Shown here: piece after piece, positions 1 to 12,821 of the stretch
Layout: each line of letters begins with the position of its first letter
How positions within the stretch are numbered: the stretch's first letter is position 1
NCBI GenBank assembly: GCA_002633005.1
Contig: NMRA01000247.1
Location: 317,847-381,846, forward strand
Direction: 5' to 3'
Origin: Phoronis australis
Taxonomy: Eukaryota > Animalia > Phoronida
Length of the DNA stretch: 64,000 bases
The notes under the pieces: generated by a model
What the model saw: the letters and a program-made list of their open reading frames with translations, nothing else
Told to the model about the DNA's origin: nothing
The model's database searches: none
Program-made: the position numbers and the translations under genes

Positions 1-937
1 GAGAAAAATGTCTGGACGAACAAACATGTTGTCACGTGACGTTTGTTTTGAAGTTCGTCTGCGAATAAGCGAGCGCGTGCGTGTCACCAGAGTTCATTTG
101 CCAAAGCAGAGACCGTCTTTTGGCCAGAGGCACGCACTCTAACTAGCTAGATGTGTCTAAAGAAATTTGCACAGGCAGTAGGCCTAAACCAGAGCGTGTT
201 TCATTCAGCACTCGCCGGTCTCGTGCTAAAAACTTTCGACATTTGTCTCGGTAAGGCCCATATTAGTCGCCGTGTAGCTGGATGCGTACGTAACTATCTG
301 ACAGTTATTTTTCGGTGTAAGGGTGTGTAAGCATTCACTGTCAGTTGTCACTTTATCGGATGTTCGGCTTAAAAACACCAATTATGGTTAATCAAACAAT
401 ACATCTCAAAAATAACGCAAACATGTTTTATAGTATTAGAAATTGTCGGAAATTAGTGCCGATATTCATTTCTTATCAATGCTATGCTACCCGTTTCATG
501 AATGGAAAATTCCCGACTAATGTCTTTGATGACAGGTTCATGTATGTAGCGCGCGCGCTTCCTGGCCACGTGCGTTTAACACCGAGTTATTTTTATTCAT
601 GAGACAGTCGATGTGTCTACCGAAAGGTCAGACCATAGAGTGGGACACGGTCATTGCGAGAGAGCAGCAACGCTGTTGCGTTCTTTTTGAAGCGCTGCGT
701 TACTTTGAAGTGTAAACTCACGGCTAAATACAAACGTAGCAGTGCCGCTGGTGGTCTAGAAGACCCGTGCAAAACTTTTTTGATAAATTGAAGACGTTAC
801 TGTAGCCGAGTTTTAGGACTGTAGGTACGTCATTGTTCCCGTGTACACGTTCATGGACTGGGCGCTTATTTCAGCAAAGTGAAAACACGTGGGGGGGCGC
901 TTATAGGGGCAAGGCGCGGCTATTACAGCGAATACGG
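1..937. mobile_element. Right end of a pogo/Tc2-like (Tc1/mariner superfamily) non-autonomous DNA transposon, truncated by the window edge
   Basis: Ends TATTACAGCGAATACGG|TA (reverse complement CCGTATTCGC..., the CCGTA-type terminus of Tc2/pogo elements, followed by a TA target). Subterminal GGGCGCTTAT repeats at 860-869 and 895-904. CpG-richer than the flanking introns. The left terminal inverted repeat (TIR) is not visible. Confidence 0.55.
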
Positions 938-1020
938 TAATCGATTTTGATCAATAATTTTCAATATAGCACAAAAATTTTCAACACATGCATAAATAGT
1001 TATATCTGTAACTTCTATTC

Positions 1021-1175
1021 AGGCGTGCGTTCAGTAGACGCTAGGACCTACGCTAGGACCTAGCTAAAACCTAGTCAAAGTTACGTGTTCTTCTTCAAAA
1101 TACACGGCAAAATCTCACGTATTCTCACGAAGTCTTGCTTTTTAGCGAGGTCCTAGCATTACTGAACGGGAGGCT
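1021..1175. repeat. Small foldback / MITE-like inverted repeat
   Basis: CGTTCAGTAGACGCTAGGACCT (~1028-1049) pairs imperfectly with AGGTCCTAGCATTACTGAACG (~1148-1168). No TSD established. Confidence 0.35.
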
Positions 1176-2703
1176 GGTGTCTGCCTAAGGCCTAGTTAAT
1201 GCTTACGTAATACTGCACCAGTGATTTGTGTGGTTAGCTGGCTCACTATAGGGCTATTGTTAGGACAGCTTTGTCATGAGCGACAGCGGGCAACTGGGAT
1301 AGCGAAGCGGTCGCTAGCTGAGAGGGCTGACCCTCATGACCGCTTGTATCATTTACCTGCAGGATAAGTCTTGCAAGCCTCCTGGGCAGGCTCATCTTGG
1401 TATGAGCCAGAAGGACAGAAGGTCTGACTAGGGCTACCAGCCTCACAGTAGTGGCCGGGCTCACATGGAATGGGTTGGATATATTCTGACCAGTAGGGCA
1501 GTAGTAACCTGGAATAATAATATGACTTAACAGAGCCTGTTTTAAAACAATCAAGCAAAATATTTCTTGTCAGCAAAAACCAGCAAATATTCACAAAAAA
1601 AGTTTGAAAAATTCTCTTCTGAACAACAGCCAGGTATCTTCCGATTTCTATTCTCTGTTGCTTATTGGGTGATAATTAACAAGTGTACAGTTTTGTCATT
1701 ATTTGATTAGTTTACATTGAAATTGTAGTATAACTTTCCTTTCATTAAAGAATATACCATAATCTTACTTAGCGAGAATACAAAATTGCAGAGGTATACA
1801 ATTGTGCGACTTGAACATAGTATGACTGGACCATGGAATAAATTTCACATTTTTCATCACTGCGTGTGTTAACTGAGTAAACACCATCTCCTATCCAGAT
1901 TTATCAATCACTTACCCATGTCACAGAAACCTGTTGATTCAGTAAGGCCTGTTGAACCACAGTAGTAGGCTTCCTTGCATGCCGCCGTGCACTCTTCCAT
2001 GACCTTTAACCCCATCTGGTTACTGTAGGTGCCTACAGGACACTTGGCCTGGTTGCCTGTAGTGCCGTTGCCTGTTAAACCAAATAATACTTTAATGAGT
2101 CAGACACTTTGGAATTGAAGTGAAAAGCACATAGAACCTATGTTACCATTGGAAGTTAGGAGATTTCGGTGATTACTACTTCAAAAGTGTGTACATTACA
2201 AAACCATGCAATACACAAACGTATTTAAGTTGTCAAACAAGCTCCGTGTGGTCACTAGACATTCTCCAGAGTTTATGAGATTCAAGTGTGTCATTATGCT
2301 ACGCAACTCTTTTGTTAGAAATGTGAACATGACGTTGATCTATCTTAAATTTTGAGTTTAGTTCAGCTGAGATCAGTAATTGAATTAAGGCAACTGAATC
2401 AAAATGGTCACAACAGCGCAAGTTCATAGAGTTGCTAAACATCTCACCGCAGTATCGTCCAGGTGGACAGATGTTATCCATAATGCCATCAGTTGGGTCG
2501 CGTTGGTTGGAGTCTTTTGTGCAGTAGTAGCCAGCAGCACATTGGTCAGTCAGTGTTCCCAGACCTGGATATACAGCATAATGCATCAATAATAAAGGAT
2601 GAAGAAGGCAACATAAAAACATCTATATAAAAATAATACCGTAATTGTAATTCTGTAATCAACTAATAAGGCTCCCTGACGGCCAAGACGATCACACCAA
2701 AGT

Positions 2704-2979
2704 TCCTGACCTCGTGTCCTGACATACATGTCAACACATCTCTCTGATGTAGGGTGTTCTCGCGACGCATTTCAGCCTTGTGTTGATCTGCATACTATCA
2801 TTCAGTGAGCTGTTTATTATGCTGCTCTATGGCAGACTCCTGACCTCGTGTCCTGACATACACGTCAAAAACGTCACATCTCTCTGATGTAGGGTGTTCT
2901 CGCGACGCATTTCAGCCTTGTGTCGATCTGCATACTATCATTCAGTGAGCTGTGTATTATGCTGCTCTATGGCAGACTC
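2704..2979. repeat. Direct tandem duplication, 2 x ~135 bp
   Basis: TCCTGACCTCGTGTCCTGACATAC...GCTCTATGGCAGACTC occurs twice with a few substitutions and a small indel. Confidence 0.9.
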
Positions 2980-4262
2980 TTGTCGAGGTAGAGTTGCCTT
3001 CCAAATCCCTTCCATTTAATCATTTCCGCATTAAAAATTTTGACACCGTTACCCTAGCATTGGGAGCCTCACGTGTACTCGCCCTAACTTCATGCCCTGT
3101 GATTTTCTGTGTTCTTGACTAATGCACCATTACCAGCTAGTGATGATGAATACCAAGAAGTAATTTTTAGGAACCGATTGTCTTCCTAAATGAATTTATA
3201 CAATCCATTACCCACTCACAAGCTATGCACACTAACTATAAATCATTTTCAATTTAAAACTTGGAAAAATAAACATGTTTAAAAATCAAAGTTTTTCAAT
3301 AAAAAAGGTCATTCCCTCTCAAGCATTTTTGAGCACAAAGATTGCAGAGACAAAATGAACTTTCTTTATGATGGTGTTATCTAATGTAGAACAGACTGCA
3401 TGCAGGCTGAAATCATAAGAAAACTGACACCACCTGAAATCTAAATCAGCAAATGCTTTGTTCATGGGTGACTCAGTTTTTAACAAAACAATTTTAAGAA
3501 GTTATTTTGGAAACCAGTGCTTCCTTACACACCATGCATAGCACAGTAGTAGCCCTCCTGGCACAGCGTGGGTTCACTGGAGCCACGTGGGCAGTAGTAA
3601 CCAGGTTGACACTCTCCTCCCGTCACGTTGCTTGGACATAGACAGTCACCGGCCGTGTAGTTGTTGAAGTCAGTGGGCGTAGCTGACCAGGCAGCATAAG
3701 CACAGAAATAACCTGCAGGAGAAGTGCACTTTAAAGTAAAACACTGTTGCAAAGACTCAAAAATCAAGCACCAGTAATAAAAGCTTAATCAACGCCATTT
3801 ACAATCTTCTGATACTTTTGACATTGCAGTTGAAACTTCCAATCATGATTTAATAAGCTACCTGAAGAACACAACTCACTCATTCATGAATGACCTGGCT
3901 TGCGGACCAGTAAACAAGCTCACACACTCACAAAACAAGGCTTATGCACCCAAAAACATGGCTCACTGACTCATATAACTTAACAATTAGGAGCAAGATT
4001 CAGCAAAGAGTCCGTGAGCCATGTTTACAACCCAGGTGCCATGCTTTTCGGGAGCGTAAGCCATGTTTTGTGAGTGATGGGCCGTGTTTCTTTGTCAGTC
4101 AGTAAACTAAGCTTAAATGTCTTTGAGCTTTCTTCATGAGTGCGTGAGCCATTTAACAGGAGAGTTCACAGTTAAGTGTCAGTAGCATTTTCTGCACAAA
4201 TGCACAATTAATGTGTTTGTGATTAACATCAATGAACGCTTAACTCATTCATTCCACTTTTT

Positions 4263-4864
4263 CATGTCCTGAACACATCCACTAAAACAAGAAACTGTAG
4301 GAACACCGCATTTATCCACCTTCACTCTTATCAGGCTTCTATTGTGAGTCAGCATGCGTGAATAATTGGCTGATAAGCCACCTCTGGAACTACTTTTGGT
4401 TGAATGGATGACCATGCCATAAAATGATAATTAGCCAAGACCAGTTACTATAATGCAACAAAGAATAATATCTTGCATCACCTAGCCTTGTTGGAAAGCT
4501 GTATACTGTATTGGCTCAAACAAACGCTTAGAAAAATGCATTTCACGGGGAGGGGACGCTTATTGTAGTGAGCCTACGGCAATTGTAACCCGGTTTCCCG
4601 AACGGGTAAAATCGGAAGCTAGGATTCATCAAATTTACGCTCTGTGACGTATTTGTAGCCTATGACAGCCTTTCTACAAAATTGTGGTGCATTGCTATCA
4701 ACTTCCGTTGTTAAATTACGATAATTTTTCAAAAAATTGTGCTCATCACAGGGCGAAAACTTGCCGACTGATGCGTCGCTGAATCGCGATCGTCAATAGG
4801 AAAACTTGTACTCTTGAATAAAAATATAGTTTCGACTCAACAAATTACCTGAAATCTTCCTGAT
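4263..4864. mobile_element. Copy A (partial, runs into the N-gap) of the ~1.73-kb CATG-bounded non-autonomous element
   Basis: Starts CATGTCCTGAACACATCCACTA... and is colinear with 16110-16700 until the gap. Confidence 0.85.
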
Positions 4865-5535
4865 NNNNNNNNNNNNNNNNNNNNNNNNNNNNNNNNNNNN
4901 NNNNNNNNNNNNNNNNNNNNNNNNNNNNNNNNNNNNNNNNNNNNNNNNNNNNNNNNNNNNNNNNNNNNNNNNNNNNNNNNNNNNNNNNNNNNNNNNNNNN
5001 NNNNNNNNNNNNNNNNNNNNNNNNNNNNNNNNNNNNNNNNNNNNNNNNNNNNNNNNNNNNNNNNNNNNNNNNNNNNNNNNNNNNNNNNNNNNNNNNNNNN
5101 NNNNNNNNNNNNNNNNNNNNNNNNNNNNNNNNNNNNNNNNNNNNNNNNNNNNNNNNNNNNNNNNNNNNNNNNNNNNNNNNNNNNNNNNNNNNNNNNNNNN
5201 NNNNNNNNNNNNNNNNNNNNNNNNNNNNNNNNNNNNNNNNNNNNNNNNNNNNNNNNNNNNNNNNNNNNNNNNNNNNNNNNNNNNNNNNNNNNNNNNNNNN
5301 NNNNNNNNNNNNNNNNNNNNNNNNNNNNNNNNNNNNNNNNNNNNNNNNNNNNNNNNNNNNNNNNNNNNNNNNNNNNNNNNNNNNNNNNNNNNNNNNNNNN
5401 NNNNNNNNNNNNNNNNNNNNNNNNNNNNNNNNNNNNNNNNNNNNNNNNNNNNNNNNNNNNNNNNNNNNNNNNNNNNNNNNNNNNNNNNNNNNNNNNNNNN
5501 NNNNNNNNNNNNNNNNNNNNNNNNNNNNNNNNNNN
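4865..5535. other. Assembly gap (N run)
   Basis: Run of n. The X-filled ORFs across it are artefacts. Confidence 1.
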
Positions 5536-6408
5536 AAAAAGTACATAGCAGCAAATATTAAGGCCAGACTCACCTGCATCACATAAATCGGTTGGTAGGC
5601 CGAGTCCCTCAGAGCCACAATAGTATGAGCTGGGGCAGGGGGAGCAGTCATCCACTGACTGGCCCATGCTGTCATTCCTACAGAAGCAAGGAGGCAAATA
5701 TATCAATCAAAATGTTCAAGGTGAACACTCTTACCTTGGTAAGGTATGACACTTCACTCAGTTTCAACGAAAAGTGGGGAATCTTAAAGCAATTCCTAAA
5801 AGTGGTGAGAACAGTGTATAAATCATAGTATCTCAAAGTTCAACATCAATCGAATGGATCAGCCATTCTTGAGATATCATGTTCCAAAGTTAGCCAAGTT
5901 TGGACACTTTTCAAGGGCTCTACATAATATTAAGTGAACCCTGTGGTTTGTGGTGGATGATCATTCCACACAGCCATCAATCAAACCTTAAGCATTAATC
6001 ATGCTTCAAAAGGGGTCATTAAATATGTTCCCAAACTTGGAAAGGTTGCCAAGGGTTTCACACAAGACTTGAAATCACACTACAAACCTGTAGTATCCCT
6101 TAGGACACTTGTGCTGCGTACAATACTGTGTCCCATTAGGGCAACAGTGACCATGTGGGTAGGGGAAGATTTCATATGTGGTGGTATTGTCTGGACAGTA
6201 GTAGCCAGCTGGACACGTGAAGCACACCGATTGACCAGTGATATTGTTGTATGTGCCATATGGACATTCCAGGGGGTAAGAAGTGCCCGACGGGCAGTAG
6301 TGACCAATTGGACATGGTCCTTCGATGTCAGCAGCAACGTCTGAAAAAAGCAAATAATGCAGACATAAAATAAAAATAATCAACAAAACAGAATCTCAAA
6401 ATTTTTAG

Positions 6409-6410
<2 letters not shown>

Positions 6411-6452
<42 letters not shown>

Positions 6453-6470
6453 CATGTGCGTGCGTGTGTG
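6411..6470. repeat. (TG)n microsatellite
   Basis: About 19 perfect TG units followed by degenerate TGCG/TG units. Confidence 0.95.
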
Positions 6471-7576
6471 GTTGAAACTTTAAATGTTAAAAACTACTGA
6501 TAAACTCAACAAAAAGAGAACTTACCTGTCGGATTTGGTAGTATGTTTCCATAGAGACAATAGAACCCAGGGTCACATGGTCCTGTAGCATTGGTTAGAC
6601 CCTCACTAGCACAACATGACCCCAGCGGGCAGGGCCAGCAGTCCTGCTCCTTTGCATCCGTTGTGTTGCAACGCAGTGTCCCATTAGCGCACATGATAGG
6701 GTCTTCTGTCTGTCGGGGGCAGTCCCTGGGGGACAGGGACCACCCACACCGCTTGATGTCTCATTGGTAGGCGCACTCTCATTACAGCCTGGAAATGTTC
6801 ATGGGTTTCAAGTGGCATAAAAGTTTTTAATTCTCTACAGAAATTTTATACTGGCATTCAGGTCCCAAGTTTTTGAATACAAGTATGAAATTTAAGCAAA
6901 ATTTTGCACACATTACTGTACTCTCAAGAATTCTTGATACAGTTCAAAAAATGAATTACTGAAACTTTTGCATCAAAAATAATGAAACACAATTATTAAA
7001 ATCTGAATAACTCACTAAGATTTAATAATTTCTAGACTAAAAATGAAAACTGTTTTAGTGTAATAAAAAAAGCAGTTTTCTCAAAAACCTTTATTCACTC
7101 AATATTACCAATAAAAAGGATCATCATAAACTACAGAATTTTGAATAGCCAGCTAATACTACTTGTGTAGATAACACAATCATCACTCACATGTCTGCAG
7201 ATCCCAGCAGCAACATGTGAGTGATGAATGTGTTAGCATGTGTTCCATGAAGGAAAAACTATACCTGCTTTACAGTAGAAGCCAGCGTCACAGACTCCAA
7301 TACCAGTGCCATTCACACTGGTGTCAAACACAGTGGAGCCAGGTTTGCAGCAGTAATACCCTCTGTCACAAGGGCGGCAGTCAATTTCCTTGGACATTCC
7401 TGTGAATGAGATTCTATATGAACCGCAAGATTTACCATCTCTGACAGAGTGTACTTAATGGGCTTCAAAAAGACACTGTTCCCAGTTTTCAAAGTAAAAA
7501 CCAAGAAGTCAGCCTACAACAGCGTTGTTTCATCTGCAGCTTAGATTCCACTTCAGTTGGCCAAACTACAACACAT

Positions 7577-8987
7577 AACGAGAGCGCTCGGAGGAGCGAC
7601 ACTTGGCGGAATTAATGGAAAAGACGACGAACACAATATCATTCATGTGACTAGCAAAGAAATCAAATAGAGAGCATACCATCAACTACAATAAAGAATG
7701 AAAGCCCGTTCAAAACTCTATCTAAAGTGGTAGTTTGGCAAACACGATAACATACAATCAACTACAATAATGAACAATAGATGGCGCAACATAACGGTCC
7801 AGTCTGCAGTAGGACAGTGCTGGCTGGGTCAGTCTGGGTCAACTAGGCATAACCAAAATAAAGTGAACTGAAAGCCAGCCAGCTGCGTCTTCTCATTGGT
7901 GACTGAAGGAACAACGGCATTCGAAAATCTCGAATAATTCAAAAGTAGACGTTGTAGCGCAAAATGGAAAATATCTTCTGAAAGCCCGTCCACAACTCTA
8001 CGTACTTTGATAGAGCATACAATCAACTATAATAAAGAACAATAGATGGCGCAACATCACGGACGAGGCATGCTTTGCAGTAGGACAGTGCTGGCTGGGT
8101 CAGTCTGGGTCAACTAGGCATAACCAAAACAAAGTGAGCTGAAAGCCAGCCAGCTGCGTTTGAACAACGGTATCCGAAAATCTCAAATAATTCAAAAAGT
8201 AGACGTCGTAGCGCAAAATGAAAAATATCTCCTGAAAGCCCGTTCAAAACTCTATCTGAAGTGGTAGTTTGGCAAAAATCAAAAAAATTTTCGAGAAAAT
8301 TGAAAATTTGCCGTTTTTTTTCAAATTCAAATAACTCGAAAACGGTAAGTCTGAGAAATACGCTCTCGCAGACTTTTTGAAAGGCCATACTTTAAGGAAT
8401 CCACATGCAAAACTTCACGTCATTTGCTCTTCCCATAAAAAATGCGACACCAGAGCGATTGAAACTGTGTGAACATGCCCCACAGCTGCCATCTTGAAAG
8501 TGATTTCCGGTTCAATAATTTTTTATAAAAGCTTATTAAACTCAACAAACACGTGACTAGTTTGAAAGTGATTGGTTTGCAAATGCGCCCTCTACAGGAG
8601 AAAATGTTTTTAGCCATATTTCGGGGTGCGCATGTGCCACGTCCAATATTTCCGCCATCTTGACCCGGAAGTCGACGATTTTCTGCACAATTGTAGCACA
8701 TGCGTTCTAGTATATTCCTACCGATTTTCAGCCATGTAGGTCGAAAAATGCGGCCTTTACGAGCATTTGACTGTAAAATCGGATACAAAATGGCCGCCAT
8801 GTCCGCCATTTTGTATCCGATCATGACCAAAAACAATAGGCTTCCAGGACTTACCAATCTACACGTTGTGTGAAAATTTCGCGAAAATCGGACGAAAATT
8901 GCTACCTGTAGAGTGCGAACAAACAAAAAAAAAAAAAACTTGCTGTCAGATCAACATACTTGGCGGAAGAATTCCGCCAAGTAATAA
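7577..8987 (-). mobile_element. Helentron-associated (HINE/DINE-1-like) non-autonomous element
   Basis: One end is the hairpin TACTTGGCGGAA-GAA-TTCCGCCAAGTA (~8957-8983) next to an A-run. The other end carries the matching subterminal ACTTGGCGGAATT (7601-7613) plus a short hairpin CGCTC-GGAG-GAGCG and AACGAGAG. Internal tandem blocks at ~7670-8270. No ORF. Confidence 0.7.
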
Positions 8988-11900
8988 CGCTGTCCCAGAT
9001 TAAATGGCAATAGAACTCTCCTTTGTCCCAGAAAGAACCTGACCTAGTTTTGGAAAACAGGCACATTTTGGTGGCTCTCATTGATGTCGGGAAGGCGAAG
9101 AATTCAGATCACGCATTCACGGGTATTATTCCAGTTTATCAAACTTTTTCACATCAGAGTTGCAGCCCACAGCACAGCAGTAATACTTTTTTGGCATAAG
9201 GGACGAATAGAGTAACGTAACCAAGAAAAACTTGTCAAGAATCAGACAACAAATAACATGTAAAACTCCAGGGGCATGAAAACGAGGCAGCAAATGTGCC
9301 AAAGGGATGTTAATGGCATTATGGGTAAATACACAGAGATTCGAATGTTGCTGTGTACTCCGGGAAGGCCCTGTTCATTCACTAATTGAAAGTAACTGCC
9401 CTATTTCATTTTTAATTGGTTTGTAGCAAATCAAACTGGTATTAGGGCATATACCAGGCTTCTGGTTTCTGTTAACCGACTAATTGATATATAAGAAAAC
9501 ACAAGTACCTTTGTAAGGATTGTAAGTTCCTGTTGGACATTTAGGCTAGCTGGCTGTGGTGTTCTCTGGACAGTAGTGGCCTCGAGGGCACTCAAGAGCA
9601 GGGTTCTCTTCAACGCAGTAAAATCCAGCAGGGCAGAGGAAAGAAGACATCTGTGTAGCGTTAGCCATACTACCTGCTGGGCAAGGCTTGGCAACACCTG
9701 GTGGCAAATAATGGACTTAAGTACAGAAAACATAGACTGGGAATTTAAAATCACACAGAGAAAAGGATATTGAGTTAAATACATCATTCTGTTTAAATAT
9801 ATCAACAACATAAATTAAAAACAAAACTTTGGGAATATTTTGATGGCTAAATGCTACTTAAACATTAGGCACATGAGGTGGTGTTCCTATAAAAGCAAAT
9901 ATAACATGTATTACTAACAAAATGATGGCTTTAAACATATTTTTTTCAACAATGTTGCTCAACACTACACTTCCACTATCAACTACTGTACCACCAGTTG
10001 CAGAAACCATAAATTCATAATTCCTTTTCGCAACCAAGTACAGGAGGAAAAAACACTTTCAATGTCAAAGGGTCTCCAAAAATTGGCCAATCACTAGTGA
10101 ACAGTACGCAGCAGCTCACTCTGCAGTGTATTTGAAAGACATTGTATTCACAGTTCAGCTACAGAATTTGTTTTTGTGGATAAAGTTCAAGGGTTTAAGC
10201 ACCAATAAAGTTAGTGTGTTGGCATAGAACTGATTTGCTTCTTCCTTGCAGAATACATTATATGCTAAAAGCAATTAGACACAATGTAGTTTACACAATC
10301 TTAACCACCATTTCCCATCATAACAAAAATACTACTCAATAACCGATTTCTGGTCATGACTGGCAGGTATTATTATTGACAATTTTCATAGCACCGAGCC
10401 GTCATGATGGTGAACTGAGCTATGGACATCCCATGCATTTGCATCCAATTACTTTTGGCATGTACTGTATCCATCAAATTACTTGGTAAACAAGTCACTA
10501 AGAACCCTACCTGTTCCTTCAGGGCAATGGTAGTTCTCTGGACATATTGTGCCAGTCACGCCACCATCATCTGGCTTGTCTGTCGAGGCACCTCCTTTAC
10601 AGTAGTACCCTGGGGCACACAAACCATTTGGTGCTGTTAATGCCTGTCTAACCGCATCACAGCTGATACAGTCCGACTCTGCCTGCAATCCAGTGCCATT
10701 GGAATATATCCTGTTCTTACATGGATACAAGTTGAAGTCTGAAGTACCCTCTGGGCAGTAGTATCCTTCTGGACAGAGGCCGCCACTTGCGTCACTGCCA
10801 TCTGGAATGATTGTGGATGCATTCCCAGTACAGTAGTGTCCAGCACTGCACCTTTCATCGGGCAATGTCAGTCCGACCTTTGTACATGCCCAACCGGGCT
10901 TGCAAATGGCGCAATGAGAGACTGCATAGCGTCCTTGTTCGTTCAAGTACATACCAATTGGACACGGAGTGGGAATTTCGCTGCCCAGTGGGCAGTAATG
11001 ACCAGTAGGGCAGATGACAATAACAGCTGAGCCAGAGACATTACAATAATAGCCCTGGGGACAAATCTCGCATGAGGAGGACCGAGCTGCTTGCTGGAAT
11101 TGACCACGGGGACATGGCTCTTGTTTAAATGAACCCTCAGTGCTGTAATGGCCAGGTTGGGTATCATACTGTGTGGCCACTTTTGCTCCACCTGTGCAGT
11201 AATAACCAGCAGCACACTTTGCAGTGGCTCCAGTACCACTGGAACCAGCACAGAAAAAACCTGGTGCACAAGGTATGCAGTCGAAACTAGTCTTGGCACC
11301 AGATGAGGGACTGTAGTAGCCTTCGTCACAGAACTGACCCGTGGCACTCCCTGGTGGGCCATAGAATCCAGCCGGACAGAGCCCTCCCGTGGAGCCATCT
11401 GGAGGTGCCGAAGTGTAGGCTTTCTCACGACAGTAGAAGCCCGCATCACAGACATCAGTGGGTGCAGTACGTCCAATGCCATCACAGTAGTAGCCTTCAG
11501 GGCAGGCAGTGCAGTCTGTGCTACGTCGTAAGCCTGTAGAATTGCCATAAGTACCCAAAGGACATGACTGGGCCTGGGTGCTGCCACTGACACTGAAGTA
11601 ACCCCGCGGGCAATCTTTAGGCAGAGGAAGACCTTCCTCATCGCAGTAACCACCAGACAAACACTCGGTACAATCCTGAAAAGATTCTGTGGCCGACCCG
11701 TTTCTGTAAAATCCAATGGGACATGGGAAGGAATTGTTGGCTCCAGTGCCAAGAGGACAGTAATATCCCGCTGGACATGGACCAGCTGGATCACTTAATC
11801 CTTCTATATCACAGTATTCCCCAGCAATACACTGCTGGCATTCAGATTCTTGCTTCAAACCATATTCAGCATTAAATGTCCCAATGGGACATGGGACCGG

Positions 11901-12821
11901 ATACGGGTTGACATCCCCACAATAGTGCCCCTTGCGATACTCGTCATTGATCAAATCAGGTTGGTAATACATTCCGGGGGGACACTCCACACCAGCAGGA
12001 CAAACTCGCTTGGAAAGCATCAATGTTTTACTGGTTGTGTTGCTGTTGAGGTAGTAACCCGCTTCACAATTAGAACAAACGGAGGCACCACTGTCCGAGT
12101 AGTTGCCCTTCTCACAGGGAACTGGGTCGATGACAGCATTCATGGGGCAGTAGTAACCAGCAGGGCACGCTGAACAGTAGGTGATGTTCTTGCCGCTGAA
12201 GTCAGCACTGTAAGTACCACTGAAATAAAGAGTATTGCTTTATTACCACAAGCACTCTTCTGTCATGTGAGCACTTAGTTTGGTCTTGGGCAAGTTTTGT
12301 TGTTTTAAAAAACATAAAAAACTAATTTTGACTAGAAAAATTACAAAGTAACCTCAATTAATCAATCAAGCTTCAGTTGCCAAAATGAACCTGAGATACA
12401 TTTTTAATTTGATAATAGTTGCCATATTGTTAGAACAGTAAGCACAGACTGGCTTAAGGAACAATACTACTGCACAGGAATCCTGCACACCATTGAGAAT
12501 TGTCGATATGATCGGATACATTATCCAGTTGAATGTTTCTAGGATGGATAAGGAAACTTCTATTTCAAATTTGCGTTACGTAACTAACTAAAATTTTTAC
12601 CATACAGTGCTAGCATTAAAAATGTTACCAAGAATTCTCACCAAAGTGCAAGGCATGACATGTAATGCAACATTATTTGATCACAGGGTTTGGTGAGAAA
12701 ATAGATGCATATTGAGAATAACCAGCAGGTTGAGAATATGCATCTAACTCATTTTCACTGCATACATAACTATGAGGACAGTGTAAACTACACCACTGTC
12801 AAAATTGAAGTTGCCTTGCTT

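Noticed and set aside
4793-5706. Long ORFs of 253-289 aa
   Set aside because: They are open only because they run through the N-gap. The only real coding part is exon 5574-5677.
7265-7399. Suspected frameshift in this exon
   Set aside because: On recount the exon is 135 nt, phase 1-1 and open (GMSKEIDCRPC...GVCDAGFYCKA), so it is not counted as a lesion.
8110-8926. ORFs of 92 and 168 aa as a possible transposase
   Set aside because: They lie inside the HINE and show no DDE, Rep or helicase motifs.
10943-11794. 283-aa overlapping ORF and antisense ORFs over the cysteine-rich exons (also 30967-31640, 32865-33538)
   Set aside because: These are shadow frames of the repetitive coding sequence, with no independent motifs or splice signals.
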